Position numbers and translations under genes: made by a program
NCBI GenBank assembly: GCA_051294375.1
Contig: CM119264.1
Location: 16,899,245 to 16,963,244 of the forward strand
DNA: 64,000 nucleotides
Source: Paraspadella gotoi
Lineage: Eukaryota; Animalia; Chaetognatha
Reading direction: 5' to 3'
Notes under the pieces: model-generated
Seen by the model: only the letters and a program-made list of their open reading frames with translations
Database searches by the model: none
What the model was told of the DNA's origin: nothing
Shown: in pieces, positions 1 through 12,676 of the stretch
How positions within the stretch are numbered: position 1 is the first letter of the stretch
Layout: each line of letters begins with the position of its first letter

Positions 1-1395
1 CGAATCGATTTTCCTTAACGATATCAGGTTCTTGCAACGACTCAATGAACGAATACCGTCGTCCTTCGCCACTTTCCCAGTAGAACATCTTGTCCAGCAT
101 AAGTTGAAAGTCGCGTAATGGTTTTGGCGTTAATTCGCGCTCGCATCCTCTCATCGTCTTCATCATTTTAATGGCGGTAATGGGAGATTCGCAACTTGGG
201 TAACAAGAACAAAGGAGGCAAACCTTTTGAACTTCCTTGTCATTGACAATGATAGCTATATTTTGCGGACATTCTTCGTCAACTAAGACGGATGATACGC
301 CACGTAGATCGAATCGGAACAAGAGAGTCCTAGAAAAAAAATCGAAATCGCCAACTATTTTTTCTTTTTTTTCTTTGGGGATAAAGGAAAAACAACAAGA
401 ATGATATTAGCATTCGTTTTCAAGGATAGACTTTTAGTTACAACGTTTTTTTATTGTTTAAAAACAACGGAATAATTGAAACTAAAATAACGCACATGTT
501 TCGGCTCTGGTGAGAGCCTTCTTCATCGCGAATAATGTAGTTTTGTGAAAATAGTTTTTCACTCTCTCTCTAACTTCAAATTCTGTGAAAAACTATTTTC
601 ACAAAACATTATTTTTCACGCTTAAGAAGGCTCTCATCAGAGCCGAAACATATCTGTTATTTTTGTTTAAATTTTACCGTTGTTTTTAACCAATAAAAAA
701 TTCATAACAAATATCAGATGGATTGGCTTTTTCGTTTGACCTGTAACTCTTCAAATAGGTTTCTTTTATTTTATATTATAATTTAAACCGATATAAAATG
801 GCGAATACATCACAATTCACATGTTTAAAGTGAGTATTACATTTTCAAAATCGCCAGGAGCTCAGCTTTTTGAATCTGTTCTCCATTTTGAACTATTTTT
901 TTCTTAAATGAACAGTGAAACGCATGTAAAATTACCTTTAATAAATTGATTTATTTGTTATTCGGTTAATTTTTATATTGTTTTAAGTTTTGAGTGAGAA
1001 AATAATACCATTATCAGTATTAGTCTTCATTCCTCACAGTTGTCAATATTAGCATGACTCACCGATCATCTAAGTTCAATCCAGAAATATCTCTATCAGA
1101 AATACTTAAAATAAAGTTGTCACGGTTTTCTCGAGGTATTTCCGCAAATGATTGGGCGCTGATCTTGGCCGCATCTGCATGGGACTTGATCTCCAAGACG
1201 CTAATAAGGAACGCGGGAAATTCTATCCCGAAAGAGTAGATGATTATTTGGTTTGAGGTTATCTTGCTTGGACGCCTGTAGCTTTTATCTAGGGAAAATT
1301 TAAAGGATTAAACTTAATATTTTGTTTATTAAAAGTGTCGTGATAATATTTTGCTTACTTTTTCTCGGAATTTCATTCTTGTTTTTGAAGTATTC
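1..1395 (-). CDS. Partial gene, both ends unresolved; putative PTB/PID (PH-like fold) domain protein; complement(join(<1..329,1063..1288,1359..1395))
   Basis: Three exons with canonical AG/GT ends and compatible phases (1, 2), open throughout: EYFKNKNEIPRKNKSYRRPSKITSNQIIIYSFGIEFPAFLISVLEIKSHADAAKISAQSFAEIPRENRDNFILSISDRDISGLNLDDRTLLFRFDLRGVSSVLVDEECPQNIAIIVNDKEVQKVCLLCSC...ENRF. The FILSIS..ISG...D..LLFRFDL..VSSV..D.....IAII....CLLC pattern resembles PTB strands; the domain call is inference. Confidence 0.65.
446..700. mobile_element. About 255-bp intronic inverted repeat with two degenerate minimal hammerhead-ribozyme-like motifs; probable Penelope-like element remnant
   Basis: Arms about 446-562 and 585-700 are imperfect reverse complements (e.g. 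ttttgtgaaaatagtttttcac / gtgaaaaactattttcacaaaa). Each contains (tg/ta)aaga-aggctct-N4-agagcc-gaaacat. Confidence 0.6.
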
Positions 1396-1877
1396 CTGAA
1401 CAAAGAGTAGAAATTGTTTAGGTTTTTCCATACTTTTTGTTTTATATTTAGGTTTTGCTTTTTCTTTTGCTTAGTGATATTTTTTATTGTGATATTTTTT
1501 TGTGGTTACGGATCAGAAAATTAATTCATTTTCTTTTCTTGTGGTTTGTGAGGAAAACAATTCGCCGATCCACTGGGCAATTATTGTAAACGCATACACT
1601 TTTCAATATTCAGTATTAATGTGCCTCAGTTTCATGTTTATATTGATTACATAACATGTTATTTGAAGAACAATTATGACGGCCTGTCTACCCCAACACC
1701 CACCCTGCGACGTTGTTTTAATCTATGACTATAACGCGAGTTATACACTATACAGCCCTATTTATTACACTACGTAAAAATTTTAAGTCAAGCTTGGCCC
1801 TCGCTCTATCAAAAATTAAACATCTGGCCTCTAAATTCTTTTCCTCGTTTTTTCGTTGTTTAACGGTAGAAATATGA

Positions 1878-1918
<41 letters not shown>
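1878..1918. repeat. (AAT)n microsatellite
   Basis: Directly visible. Confidence 0.95.
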
Positions 1919-1920
<2 letters not shown>

Positions 1921-4473
1921 CAAACGAATTCGTTTTATAGTACTATTTTATTCTCGGCGATTCTCTCCAATTTATTTCTTCATTGACGTTATCTGTAGTT
2001 GTAACTATGCAGAATTCAGCGACACATAAGCTCGAAAAAATATTTCACGAAAATCTGAATATTTAAAATTTTAATGAATTTGAATTTTTTTCAACTCCAC
2101 AATTTCCCTCCTGGCGTTCTCGTCTTTCCATCTGCGATTTATTTTTTCCATCCCGCTTATCTTCGCAGTGCAACAACTCCACTGACGCTCTATTTTCTGG
2201 ACCTTATCTGCTAAAGCCTTGCCGCATCTCTTAACGGTTAACAGCACCTCCACCACTACACTCTTTCGCCTCCATCATTTCCACGCCCCTCGCCAGGCTT
2301 TCCCCGTCTCCTTCTCCTTTCTCCTTTTTTTCCGCAGCTCTAATCTCTTTTTTTATCCCTTACGCTTTTCAATCTCGCCATATTTTTCTCGTACCGTTCG
2401 ATAAACCGGCATCGGAATTTTGAAAGGGAATGAAACCTGTCAGTGGTTTGAGATATATTAGTAATCTTTATATAAGTTAATTTTTACTATTTTATTTCTA
2501 ATATATATCTAAAATTAATAGTACATATTCCTCTCAATATTATGCGTATTGGTCGGCGATGCTGTCCGAAAGTCACGTCTAGCATCTAACTTGAATTATC
2601 AACTTTTACTGCGCCTGTAAGGCTGAGTGAAAGTTGCATAACAAAGTTCAAATAGAAGATCATGAACAGTTGCTGATGTATATGTTTTATTAAATATTTT
2701 ATATATTATATATATTTCATAAATAAATTAATAAAATAAAAGAAAATAAATTAATAATGATAATAATATTAATAATAATAATAATAATTATATTAATAAT
2801 TATTAATAAATTAATAAATAAAAGAAATTATCATCTAGAATATCTATTTTCATACTTTTATGGTTATTTTTAATTTTTCTTCCTTATAAGTTATAACTTA
2901 TAAAATAATTAAAAAATTAAAAAAATATAAAGTTTGAGCAAGCAACAAGTTATCATTAATCTTGAAATTTTTTTTTATTCAATAAAAAGGTTTTTTGTAT
3001 AGGAATTGTTTTGATTCTGGTGATGATCGTTATGGTTTTTACTGTGGTTATGGTCGTTGTGATGAATGTAGTGTTAGTTGTGGTTGTAGTGTTATAATAT
3101 AAAATAATATAATCAAAAAAGTAATAGGCTCCCTGAGAGGAATCATTAAGAAACGAGGACGTTAAGCCCTTATTTTCCCAACCGCTTTTTACCGATTGGT
3201 ATTCATACCTTCAATGTGTTCTTTTAATCTCATTCCTCTCCCTTCTTTTCCCCTTCAGCCCCTTTTCTTCCTGTCTTCGCTCAACTCCTCCGCAACTTTC
3301 CTCCACGCCCCCAGGCCTCTCTTTCCCACGCCGCTACTCTCGGCAAGATGCTGTTTTGTTTTCTGACGAATTTTTCGGCGGTTGGTGAGTTATCGACGTC
3401 TTTATCATTCTTTTATTTAATCTTTAATTTAGACACTTCAAGTTCAATGGTTAATCTAGATTATTTTTTTTTCTCTTTTAACCTTAAAAACCTAAATTCA
3501 AATTACTAAATACGTTTATTCATAGATGGGCATTGCCCATTGGGCATTGGGCCCATTGGGCAAGTTAAAAAAAAAGCGGTACCGGGTCTGGTGTTTTGAC
3601 AAAGTATTACAAAATTTTGACGGGTCGCTAAAGATTAACTTTCTCTCACCAGTATCTCATTTTGCTTTTTTTCTCTTAATGTTACACTCTTTCTTTCTTT
3701 CGCTCTTGCTCTTTCTCTCTCTTTTTCCCGCGACTCGCCAATCATGTGGGAGGCCTCTCGCCGGCCCCCGATGTTTCAAGCGCCCTGAAGGCCTGAAAAA
3801 AGTTCAATAATCGTTTGTGGAAATGAAAATTGTTTGCGATTGTATTATATAGTATGCCCAATTGAACATAGAACAATGACTATATTGCCTTAGTGTATGT
3901 AGGTATGTAGTACGTATAACTAATAGGGCGTAACAGGTTGAAAACTAGATGATGGGTTGATGACCAATATATGTAGATATTGTTAACAATAATATTAAAG
4001 ATCATAAAATTAGTGCTTTAAGATTTAACATTTAGTTAATATTTTTAAGAAGTGTTTATATTGTTTATTTTGTTAAACATTGTTTATAAACTTTATATTA
4101 TTAAATATTGTAATGCTTTACTGCATTAATAAAATGAATAATTTTAGAAAGTAATAAGGAAAAGTGATTTAGAAGTAAAAGGACTGAATAATTTTATTAG
4201 AAAACGATTTAGTTATTTTATATTTTATAAGTTAAATTCTGGCTCACTAAAGACCGCGGAAACTTTAAAAAAATTGTGATCATTTAAATGTAAAAGTAAG
4301 TTGTAAGTGGGATATTAGTAAGTGTCTTATTAAATACTAACTCTCTTTTATAATGAAAAAAAATCCAATTACATCTCTTTTTAAACTTTCTTTTTCTTCC
4401 AAACACTTCCCCGCGATAGGAAAAAAATTTTAAAACTAAATTGAAAAAGGAATGAGATCGTTCAAGAAAAAGC

Positions 4474-4790
<317 letters not shown>

Positions 4791-7700
4791 CATTTGTTGA
4801 GAATATTTCTTTTTCTCACCCACGCAAAAATCAAGCGCACGCTCGAGTTAAAAAGAAAATGAAGAAGAAGAAAAACCCCGTTGCGATCAAGACGTTGTCA
4901 GGGGTCCTCGTTTAGGATTGTTGATCAAACTGTCGTCGTGACTTGGTTTTTACTGTATTTATGACTTTTGGATTTTGAGTTGTAAAAAAAGGACATTTTC
5001 CTTTTTCCTAGATAATTTGTGGAAAAAAGGGGACTCTGGTCAACTTCCTCCAATTTTTACCCTTCGACGCGAGTAAATGGCAACATAAGTTCTAGAAATT
5101 TCCAATTTAATCGTACCTAATATTGTTTTCGAAGCATGGTTTAAATAATCCAGAATCATTATATTAATAAATTTGAATTTTTGAGACGTTCCGAAGTAGT
5201 CGTTATTTTACCCGTTTATCTTCTTTAAGATGAAAGGAAGGGACGAGCATAGAGTCTCTATGCGACCATCGAACCCGCAAGCCCTACGCAGTGAAAATAG
5301 GGGAAGAAAAAGTTTTTCCATCGTTTTTACTCTCAACCTACCGGTCTCCCTCTCTGACTTCCTCTTTTCTTCACTCATCCCTCTTCGTCGCTTCTCTCCT
5401 CCCTCACTTCTGTTCATCCCACTCCATCTCTTCCATCCACCCCCCCTCTCTCTTCCTCTCTTCAAATCGTCGGTCTTTTCTTCTTCTTAATCGTTCTCTC
5501 TCCTTGGCCCGACCTTTTTCTAGAAAAAATATCTTGATTTCTTTTTTATATTTTCTTCTCTTTGAGTTCCAGAGAAAAATTCATCTCTTCTCTATCGGCG
5601 TCTTCTCGCTCGCTCGCTCGCTTGCTATCTTCACTCTGAACGTTTCTCGAAAAATAAGATTAAAAAAGTAAGTTTTAAAAATTTTTCAAAGTTTTTGGTT
5701 TCATTAATAATAGTTATCCTATTATGGAATTTCTCTATTTGGTTTCTTCAATTGTTCGGACAGATTTGTTTTATGACAGTGAAACAAGTAATTTGCAAAT
5801 TTTCATAAAATAACCTCATAGCAATTCGGAGCTACTTAATACTAATCTCACGCTCTCGATGTGAAAAAATATATATTCGTACAGGGAATTGAAAAACAAC
5901 CACCTTATGGTTTTCGATTACACCCAAATATATAATTGGTTTAGATTATTAAAAAATGATACAATGTAATTAAAAAAACACACATTTTAATTATATTTGC
6001 AATTTTATATACATAGTACAAGAAAAATCGCTGGATTGAATTTCCGAAAGAAATTTCCTTTTTTTTTTTGGAATATATATATATCCTTCGGTGACGAGAA
6101 TTTGAAATGACGAATCGAACTTGGACGGAGACCACGCTCGGGATTCGGGAATGGGGATGGAGGTTGTCAACAGGGGAATGGTGACGGTTTGGCCAGGGTC
6201 GTGACGTCCCCGGATGAGGTCTGGGATGGCGGCGAAGGCAAAGGCAGAGGCAAAACCGGTCACTTTATGTCTTTTTTGTTTTGCTCTTTTGTTTGCCTCA
6301 ATTTCTTCGCTTTTATTTCCCTTCGGGTGTCGTTTCTGTTTCGTGATTCCCTTTTTCATCCCCCCACCCCGCGTTTTGACCTTTGTTCGATTGGCCATTT
6401 TGAGTACTTTATTTAGTCCATTTTCCGTCAGCCTCCTTTGAAATCAGTACATTCGAGCATCCATCCACATCTATGCTTTTTTGTTACTCTTTTCAACGAT
6501 CTTCTTCACCCGAAAATTGATTCAATTCAATCTCAATCCAGTTATCCAACTTTAACCAAATAAATTTATCAAACACTTATTCCCAACCTATTCAAATTAA
6601 ATTTCTTTAGTCCACTAGTTTTCACTCATAATGTTTTTTTTTGGGGATTATTTATGAGATTTCTTTTCTCTTTTTTTCTATAATCTTATCTTTTTTTTTC
6701 TATTTCATACATCTCAACAACCAAGTAGTACCAATGGTCAACTCTCGCTTGTTTAACATTGGGTTTAACTTCAGGTGCCATCCAAGAGTAGTAAGAGAAC
6801 GGTCTTTTGTTGAGGAAAACTTAAAATCGTACCTGGTCCTGATGCGTAAAATACAGCGTAAATGCAACAGTAAACTAAATTAAGCAGTACAACAGTTTAT
6901 ATCCTTCCGATGGCTTCTTTCCTCGAATACGTACATATTGGAATGAAAATAGAGCAACTAACATTTCGCTCGACCCCTTCTGCAATTGAAGTCTGAAATG
7001 ACTCTCCCCGCTTCTACCCGAGACGTCTGAAGTCGGGTTCGCTCCCCTGCACACCCAAAGTCTTTCGGGGTCTCCAGGACTCTCCTCTTTTTTTTTTGTT
7101 TATCGTCTCGAGTAAACAATGAGCGGGAATTACCAGAGATGAGCTCCGTTCCTCGGTTTCCTTCATTCCACAAACATTTTCCCTCCTTCCTTCGTTTTTT
7201 TTTAATTTCTTTTATTTTTTAACAAAATAAATTTGGGATTTTTGGGGCCTCGTTTTCGAAATACTCATTCGTGAAACTAGTACGGGCTGCTACTTTCGTG
7301 GGGCATCTGAAATTGGGTTGTTCACGCGCGGGAAGCAATTGTTGTCAATTTCGAGACAAATTTTCCATTGCAGCGTTAAAAGCTGTCTCAAAAGAAGTGA
7401 GAAAATATTATTAAAGATCCTATCTCCCACTGAACTATAAGTCAAGGATCTATCATCTCATTAACCTCCTATTGTTCTTCCATTTCTTTCATTTCACAAG
7501 TAATTTTTTTAATTTTTCCATTGCTATTTCGACACGACGTAATACTCCGCTTTGACTCTTTCTCATTGGAAATGCTCTGAGCCGAAATTCCTCATATTAG
7601 TTTCTCATTGGGTCTCCGATAATTTAAGATTTAGACAATTGTACCGTTCTCCGTAACAAATTTTACTTTATATGTAAATATTTTTTTTATTATTTTAAAT

Positions 7701-7999
7701 TTATATTTTATATTTTACGATATGTCTACCGACAGAGACGGAACTAAAAGTAATATAGAGAGTCAAGGATGTATCTCGTTTTTATGAGGAATGAACATTG
7801 AATATAGCATAATACAACGATGATTTTAAGAATATTTTCAAATCTGTTGTTACACTATTTAAAAAACTTTGCGTTAATTGGTAATTAAAAATTAAAAATA
7901 AAAAAATTACTTCTCTTATTGGTAAATGGCTTTACAATATTTTAACTTTATAAAGACCCTTGTCTTAAAATTTCAGATTCGGGAAATTCTCGGGGAAAG

Positions 8000-8114
8000 A
8001 TGCCCTTTAAGCCTGCCCAAACGGCCAAGTGCCCCAAATGTAGCCAATCGGTTTATGCTGCCGAGGAGGTCATGGTCAGCAACAACAAATATCACAAAGG
8101 ATGCTTCAAATGCT
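8000..8114 (+). CDS. CSRP: CRP/MLP first coding exon (N-terminal part of LIM1)
   Basis: CPKC...VYAAEE...YHKGCFKC. The acceptor tttcag at 7971-7976 upstream implies a further 5' exon. Confidence 0.93.
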
Positions 8115-9686
8115 GTAAGTTTTGCATGCGCTGAGATAACGAGCAAATGCTTCGAATGCTTTATGTTATCTGGATTTATGTTATTTTAAAATTAGCATGG
8201 CACCTTCTTAGTATAAACAAATAAATAATGGCATACAGCTATGGTTTTTTTTCGATCTGCAATGAAAGACTGAATAGCAAAAATCGATTTTAACCATGAA
8301 TACTTAAAGCGCGGGAGTAAGTAGGTAAAAATTAAAAAAAAAATATTACTCTTACTACCCCCTTGATCCAGGTCCAGGGTCGTAATTTCTCTTCCCCTTT
8401 TCTTCTCTTTTAAATTAGGGTTGCATGGGTTTTCACTTAAGTTGCCCGAATGAGATTTATTTTTTCATTTGGAAAATTAGCGCCTCGGCTTCATAGCGGT
8501 TGCTTTTAGCGAGTTTTTCTGCCATCTCCCACGGCGCTGCATCAATTAAAGCGACGGAAGCGGCGTCTGGGTCGTCTTCACCATCGAATATTTCTAGTGA
8601 ATATTAAATTTGAAGAAGTCTACTGACGACGCTTACGAGGCTTCTTTCTGTAGGAGCTTGGGGCATCGGACAATGCTTCGCTGAGGTGGTTGTTGTTTTG
8701 GTTGTTGTTGTTGTTTATCGCCTGCTCTTGTTTCCCTCTTTTCTTAAATAAATTTTGCCCCTTTGCTTCGTTGCTTCGGAATTCCCGCTTGAAAATTAAA
8801 AGTCCGCCCGTCACGCAAAACGAGGACTAAAAGTAAACGTAAAAACGTAAACAAAAAAACCTCAAGCTCTAAAAATATCTGATTTTTTTATAATAAGCAA
8901 AACTAAACAGCAAAGTTGCGTATAAATCATAAAAGTTGATAGTTCAAAATTTTTTTACTGTAATCATATTTGATAAAAAAAAGGGGGTTACTTACCTCCC
9001 TAATTTCCCACATCCCAACATCCGCTTTCACGTCCTGATTTTGATCTCGGTGACGAGTGATAAATCCCCGCCCGATTTTTTCTGCCCGCCTTCCTTTCTC
9101 TTTCCCTCCGCCCATCGCAGCCTCTTTGTCCATTCGTCTTGTCCTCCAAATAACTCGCGTCTTAATCCATCAAAGGCGCCTTCGTCGACGTTTCGCCGCC
9201 ACCTTCGATAATTCACGTCAGATTGATTACACCGCGTCGGCGCGTCCCTCAAAATTCCATTTTTTCCCCCTGCGGCGTCGATTTCGATGTTTTTGCTGTT
9301 GTTGTTGTCGTTGTCTTTGTTGTCTATTGATTACCTATGTGAAAAAGATTGCAAAATGATATATTATTTTGATTGCAAGGGGGCTTGCGAATTTCGTTTT
9401 CGTTTACGCCCGACCCCTTTGTATATAAAAGCGCTCTCACCATCCCTCTCCATTCTACGATTAGACGCCTCAGAACCTTATCCCTCCCCTACCCCCGTCC
9501 CACCTCAAAACAGATTTGTGCAATAAGATGCTGGAGCTTCAGAACGTGACCCCGCACGGAGTGGAGTTGTTTTGCAAGTCTTGCTACGCAAAGAAGTTCG
9601 GACCGAAGGGCGTCCGCGGCGGTGGAGGTGTCGGCGCTACCGGAACCGTCGTCAACTTCAAAGAGGCCGAGGGGGAAGAGTCCTGA
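8000..9686 (+). CDS. CSRP: CRP/MLP single-LIM isoform (95 aa, Mlp60A-like); join(8000..8114,9514..9686)
   Basis: The phase-1 donor gtaagt at 8115 joins an acceptor cag at 9511-9513, giving [57 protein letters not shown] and completing LIM1. AATAAA at 10005. Confidence 0.8.
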
Positions 9687-12231
9687 TTGGCTGGTCGGCG
9701 GAAATCCCCGACCAATAACGATTGAATCGTTAGCGGGGGTTCGTCGGCCGCTTATGATTGGACGGGAGAATTCAGTACCTCGACCAATCCGGGTACGATA
9801 CTCGCTCGTGAGAAAAGTTACGGTCGGACGACAGGGTAGGAAAATTTAACTTTGTTCCATCGTCCGGTCCTCGCGCGAGCACGTGCCCCTATTGGAAGAA
9901 GTAATGAAATTAACCGTCTAATCCCCATTTTCATGGCCGAGCGAGGTTAACAAAAATATTTCGTATTTGTTTCGATAATGTTAAGAATGACAATTAATGA
10001 TAAAAATAAATTGTAAAAATGTTTAATCGCTCGTTTCTCTCCATCCGCTTTAGCTCCCGCGTTTCTCATAAGTTCTCTTATTAATTTTTCTTTAAAATGG
10101 CGAATTTCTTTTAGAGAATTTTCGAATGACCTACAAACATACTTTGTGCTTTTAATCAATGCAGCCGAAGAAAACTAAGAAAATATCATAAGAAGAATTT
10201 ACCATACGAACTCATTAAAAACCATGGCTGGAGCTTATCGTAGTTCTATCCTGCACTTCCAAATTGCTAAGCTGTCGCTGCGACTGCCGCTTCTGCGGTT
10301 TGGAATGCCGCTCTGGTTTTTTCGTTACCTTTGTGTCGTTCTTTTCGTCATGTCTGGTCTAAAAGTAAAACACTAAAGCATTGTTAAATCCCAACTTATG
10401 ATTTAAACAGATTTGTTTGATTTAGTACATGTTTCATAAGGTAGCTAGACAAGCAACTCTCAGATTAATCCTTATGACCTAGTAAAAAAAGTTTGTTATA
10501 AATGATGTCGGCGAAAACGGGTTTTTATAACTTATATCGGATCTAGTAAAATATAATAATCATTTCATGTTTTTCGATTTTGTTGATACGTATATTAAGG
10601 AGGGGTAGCCCCACTCAATGGGGTGAGTAAAAAATATAGAATGATTACATCCTCAAATGAAAATTTAAACATTTTTAAGTATATTTTCAATGGACAAGAC
10701 ATTTCTTATATGGTTCTATACCCAAATAATTATTTTTTTAATATTTATTTATATATAGGAAAGGCTAAAGTTATTTTTGATAATTTTTAAATTTTAAGAC
10801 CAGATTCAGATAGCTCATAAAAAAAAGGTAAAAAATCGTTATCATCATCTTTCGATAATTTTATCAGTTTTTTTAACATTTTTGTTTATAAAACAGGAAT
10901 TTTTAAAAGTTATAATCATATTTCTCGTTTAACTTTTATGCTCTAACAGAATCCATCAAAAAATTTGAAGATTTCAAAAAAAAAAAAAAAAAAAAAATTT
11001 ATAATGCGAAAAAAGACAAGTAATATTTAATGTATTAATCAAGACGTATAATGTAATTTTTTTTGAAAATGATTGCTTAAAAATTTAGTTAAAACAACTA
11101 AAAAAACTTTGCTTATTGTCGAAATTTTGTATTATCTCCGAGGTGGTCCCTAATATAAGCGTTTTTTTATTCGAATGCAACAAGGTTGATTCAGTACAAA
11201 AAAACAATGAGCAACATACCATCAGTGAACATTAATTTGTAAAAAAAAATTAGTTTTATGTTTTTTTAATTTTTGCAATTAGGCTATATTTATATATAAT
11301 ACTAGCCTTATAAAAAAAAAAAATTTAAATAAGCTTTCTTAATTTTAATTGCAGATTTGAGTTGATGATAAAAGAAAATATAACTCATTTTTTAAAATTC
11401 TTTTATTAAGTTAGTTAAAAATTGAGAAAACTATGTTAATATATAAAAAGTTAAAGTTCAGCTTAAAATATAGCCTTTTCTGATTTTTGAATAACTTAAT
11501 GAAGGAATTTTTTCAAAAAGAGTTATATTTCTTTTTTATCAACTTAGAACTTTATCAACTTTATCAAAACTTTAGAAATTTTAACATTTATTTGATTAGT
11601 ACTCTATATAAATGTATTCCAATGCGTAAATAGTGAAATTTGTAATAATTTTTTTTATATAGAAATGTTCGTTAGTATTATGTTGTTCGTTTCTCACTTT
11701 TAAAAGTTTAATTAAAGTTAAATTTATAAATTTTACTATGCCTTATTATGCATTTCTGTCCGGTCCGTTCCGTTCTAAAGGAACAAAAATGTGAAAAACA
11801 GCACTTAATTTGAGAACAAGTCTTCAATGTAAAAAAAATTTCCGAAAGACAAAATTATAAAGGAAATTCAGAAAAAAATTATCTGCAGCAGAACAATGAC
11901 ACCTTGAATGTCTTTCACCAAATTTACGGCTCATGAAAAAAAGATAAAGCGACGGGAGATATCGACAAGATAGAACTTTGACGCACCTGAACCGAGAACG
12001 AGAGCGAGAGCGAGAGCGAGAGCGAGAGCGAGAGCGAGAGCGAGAGCGAGAGCGAGAGCGAGAGCGAGAGCGAGAGCGAGAGCGAGAGCGAGAGCGAGAG
12101 CGAGAGCGAGAGCAACAAGAATTGAGCTTTGCAGGGTTCATTGTTCATCGATAACGAAAGCTTCCCCCTGTTCTCACAGCAACAACAACAATAACGACAA
12201 CAACAACAAAAAAAACAATAATAATAAAATG

Positions 12232-12318
<87 letters not shown>

Positions 12319-12434
12319 TTAATAATAATAATATTAATAATAATAATAATATTAATAATAATAACAACAAAAAATAACAATGCTAATTGGGAGAAAGTCG
12401 GAGAAGACACCGAAGATCCTTCAGAAAAAGTGAG

Positions 12435-12467
<33 letters not shown>

Positions 12468-12626
12468 CGTAATCTTTTTGTTTGCCTTCGTTGATTTTCA
12501 TTACCATTTATCTATCGATTCCATCGACGCCATTCGTGCCGGCGCATTTGTTAAAGTAATTTGTGGTTCCAAGGATAGGAAATTACTTTCGCTCTCTCTC
12601 TATATCTCTCTTTCTTCTCTTATCTT

Positions 12627-12676
<50 letters not shown>

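Noticed and set aside
3526-3563. Short tgggca/tgccca palindromic cluster
   Set aside because: Too short, with no partner terminus or other copies in the window.
5718-5727. Perfect CArG box CCTATTATGG upstream of the muscle LIM gene
   Set aside because: Fits SRF regulation of CSRP genes, but a single 10-mer of this kind is expected by chance over several kb of AT-rich DNA.
5991-6398. 135-aa minus-strand ORF with a GC-rich core
   Set aside because: No recognisable domain and no convincing splice sites linking it to the PTB-like gene.
11824-12141. RS-domain-like ORF (SRSRSR...)
   Set aside because: Pure (GAGAGC)n repeat read antisense in the MLP intron; no RRM or splice support.
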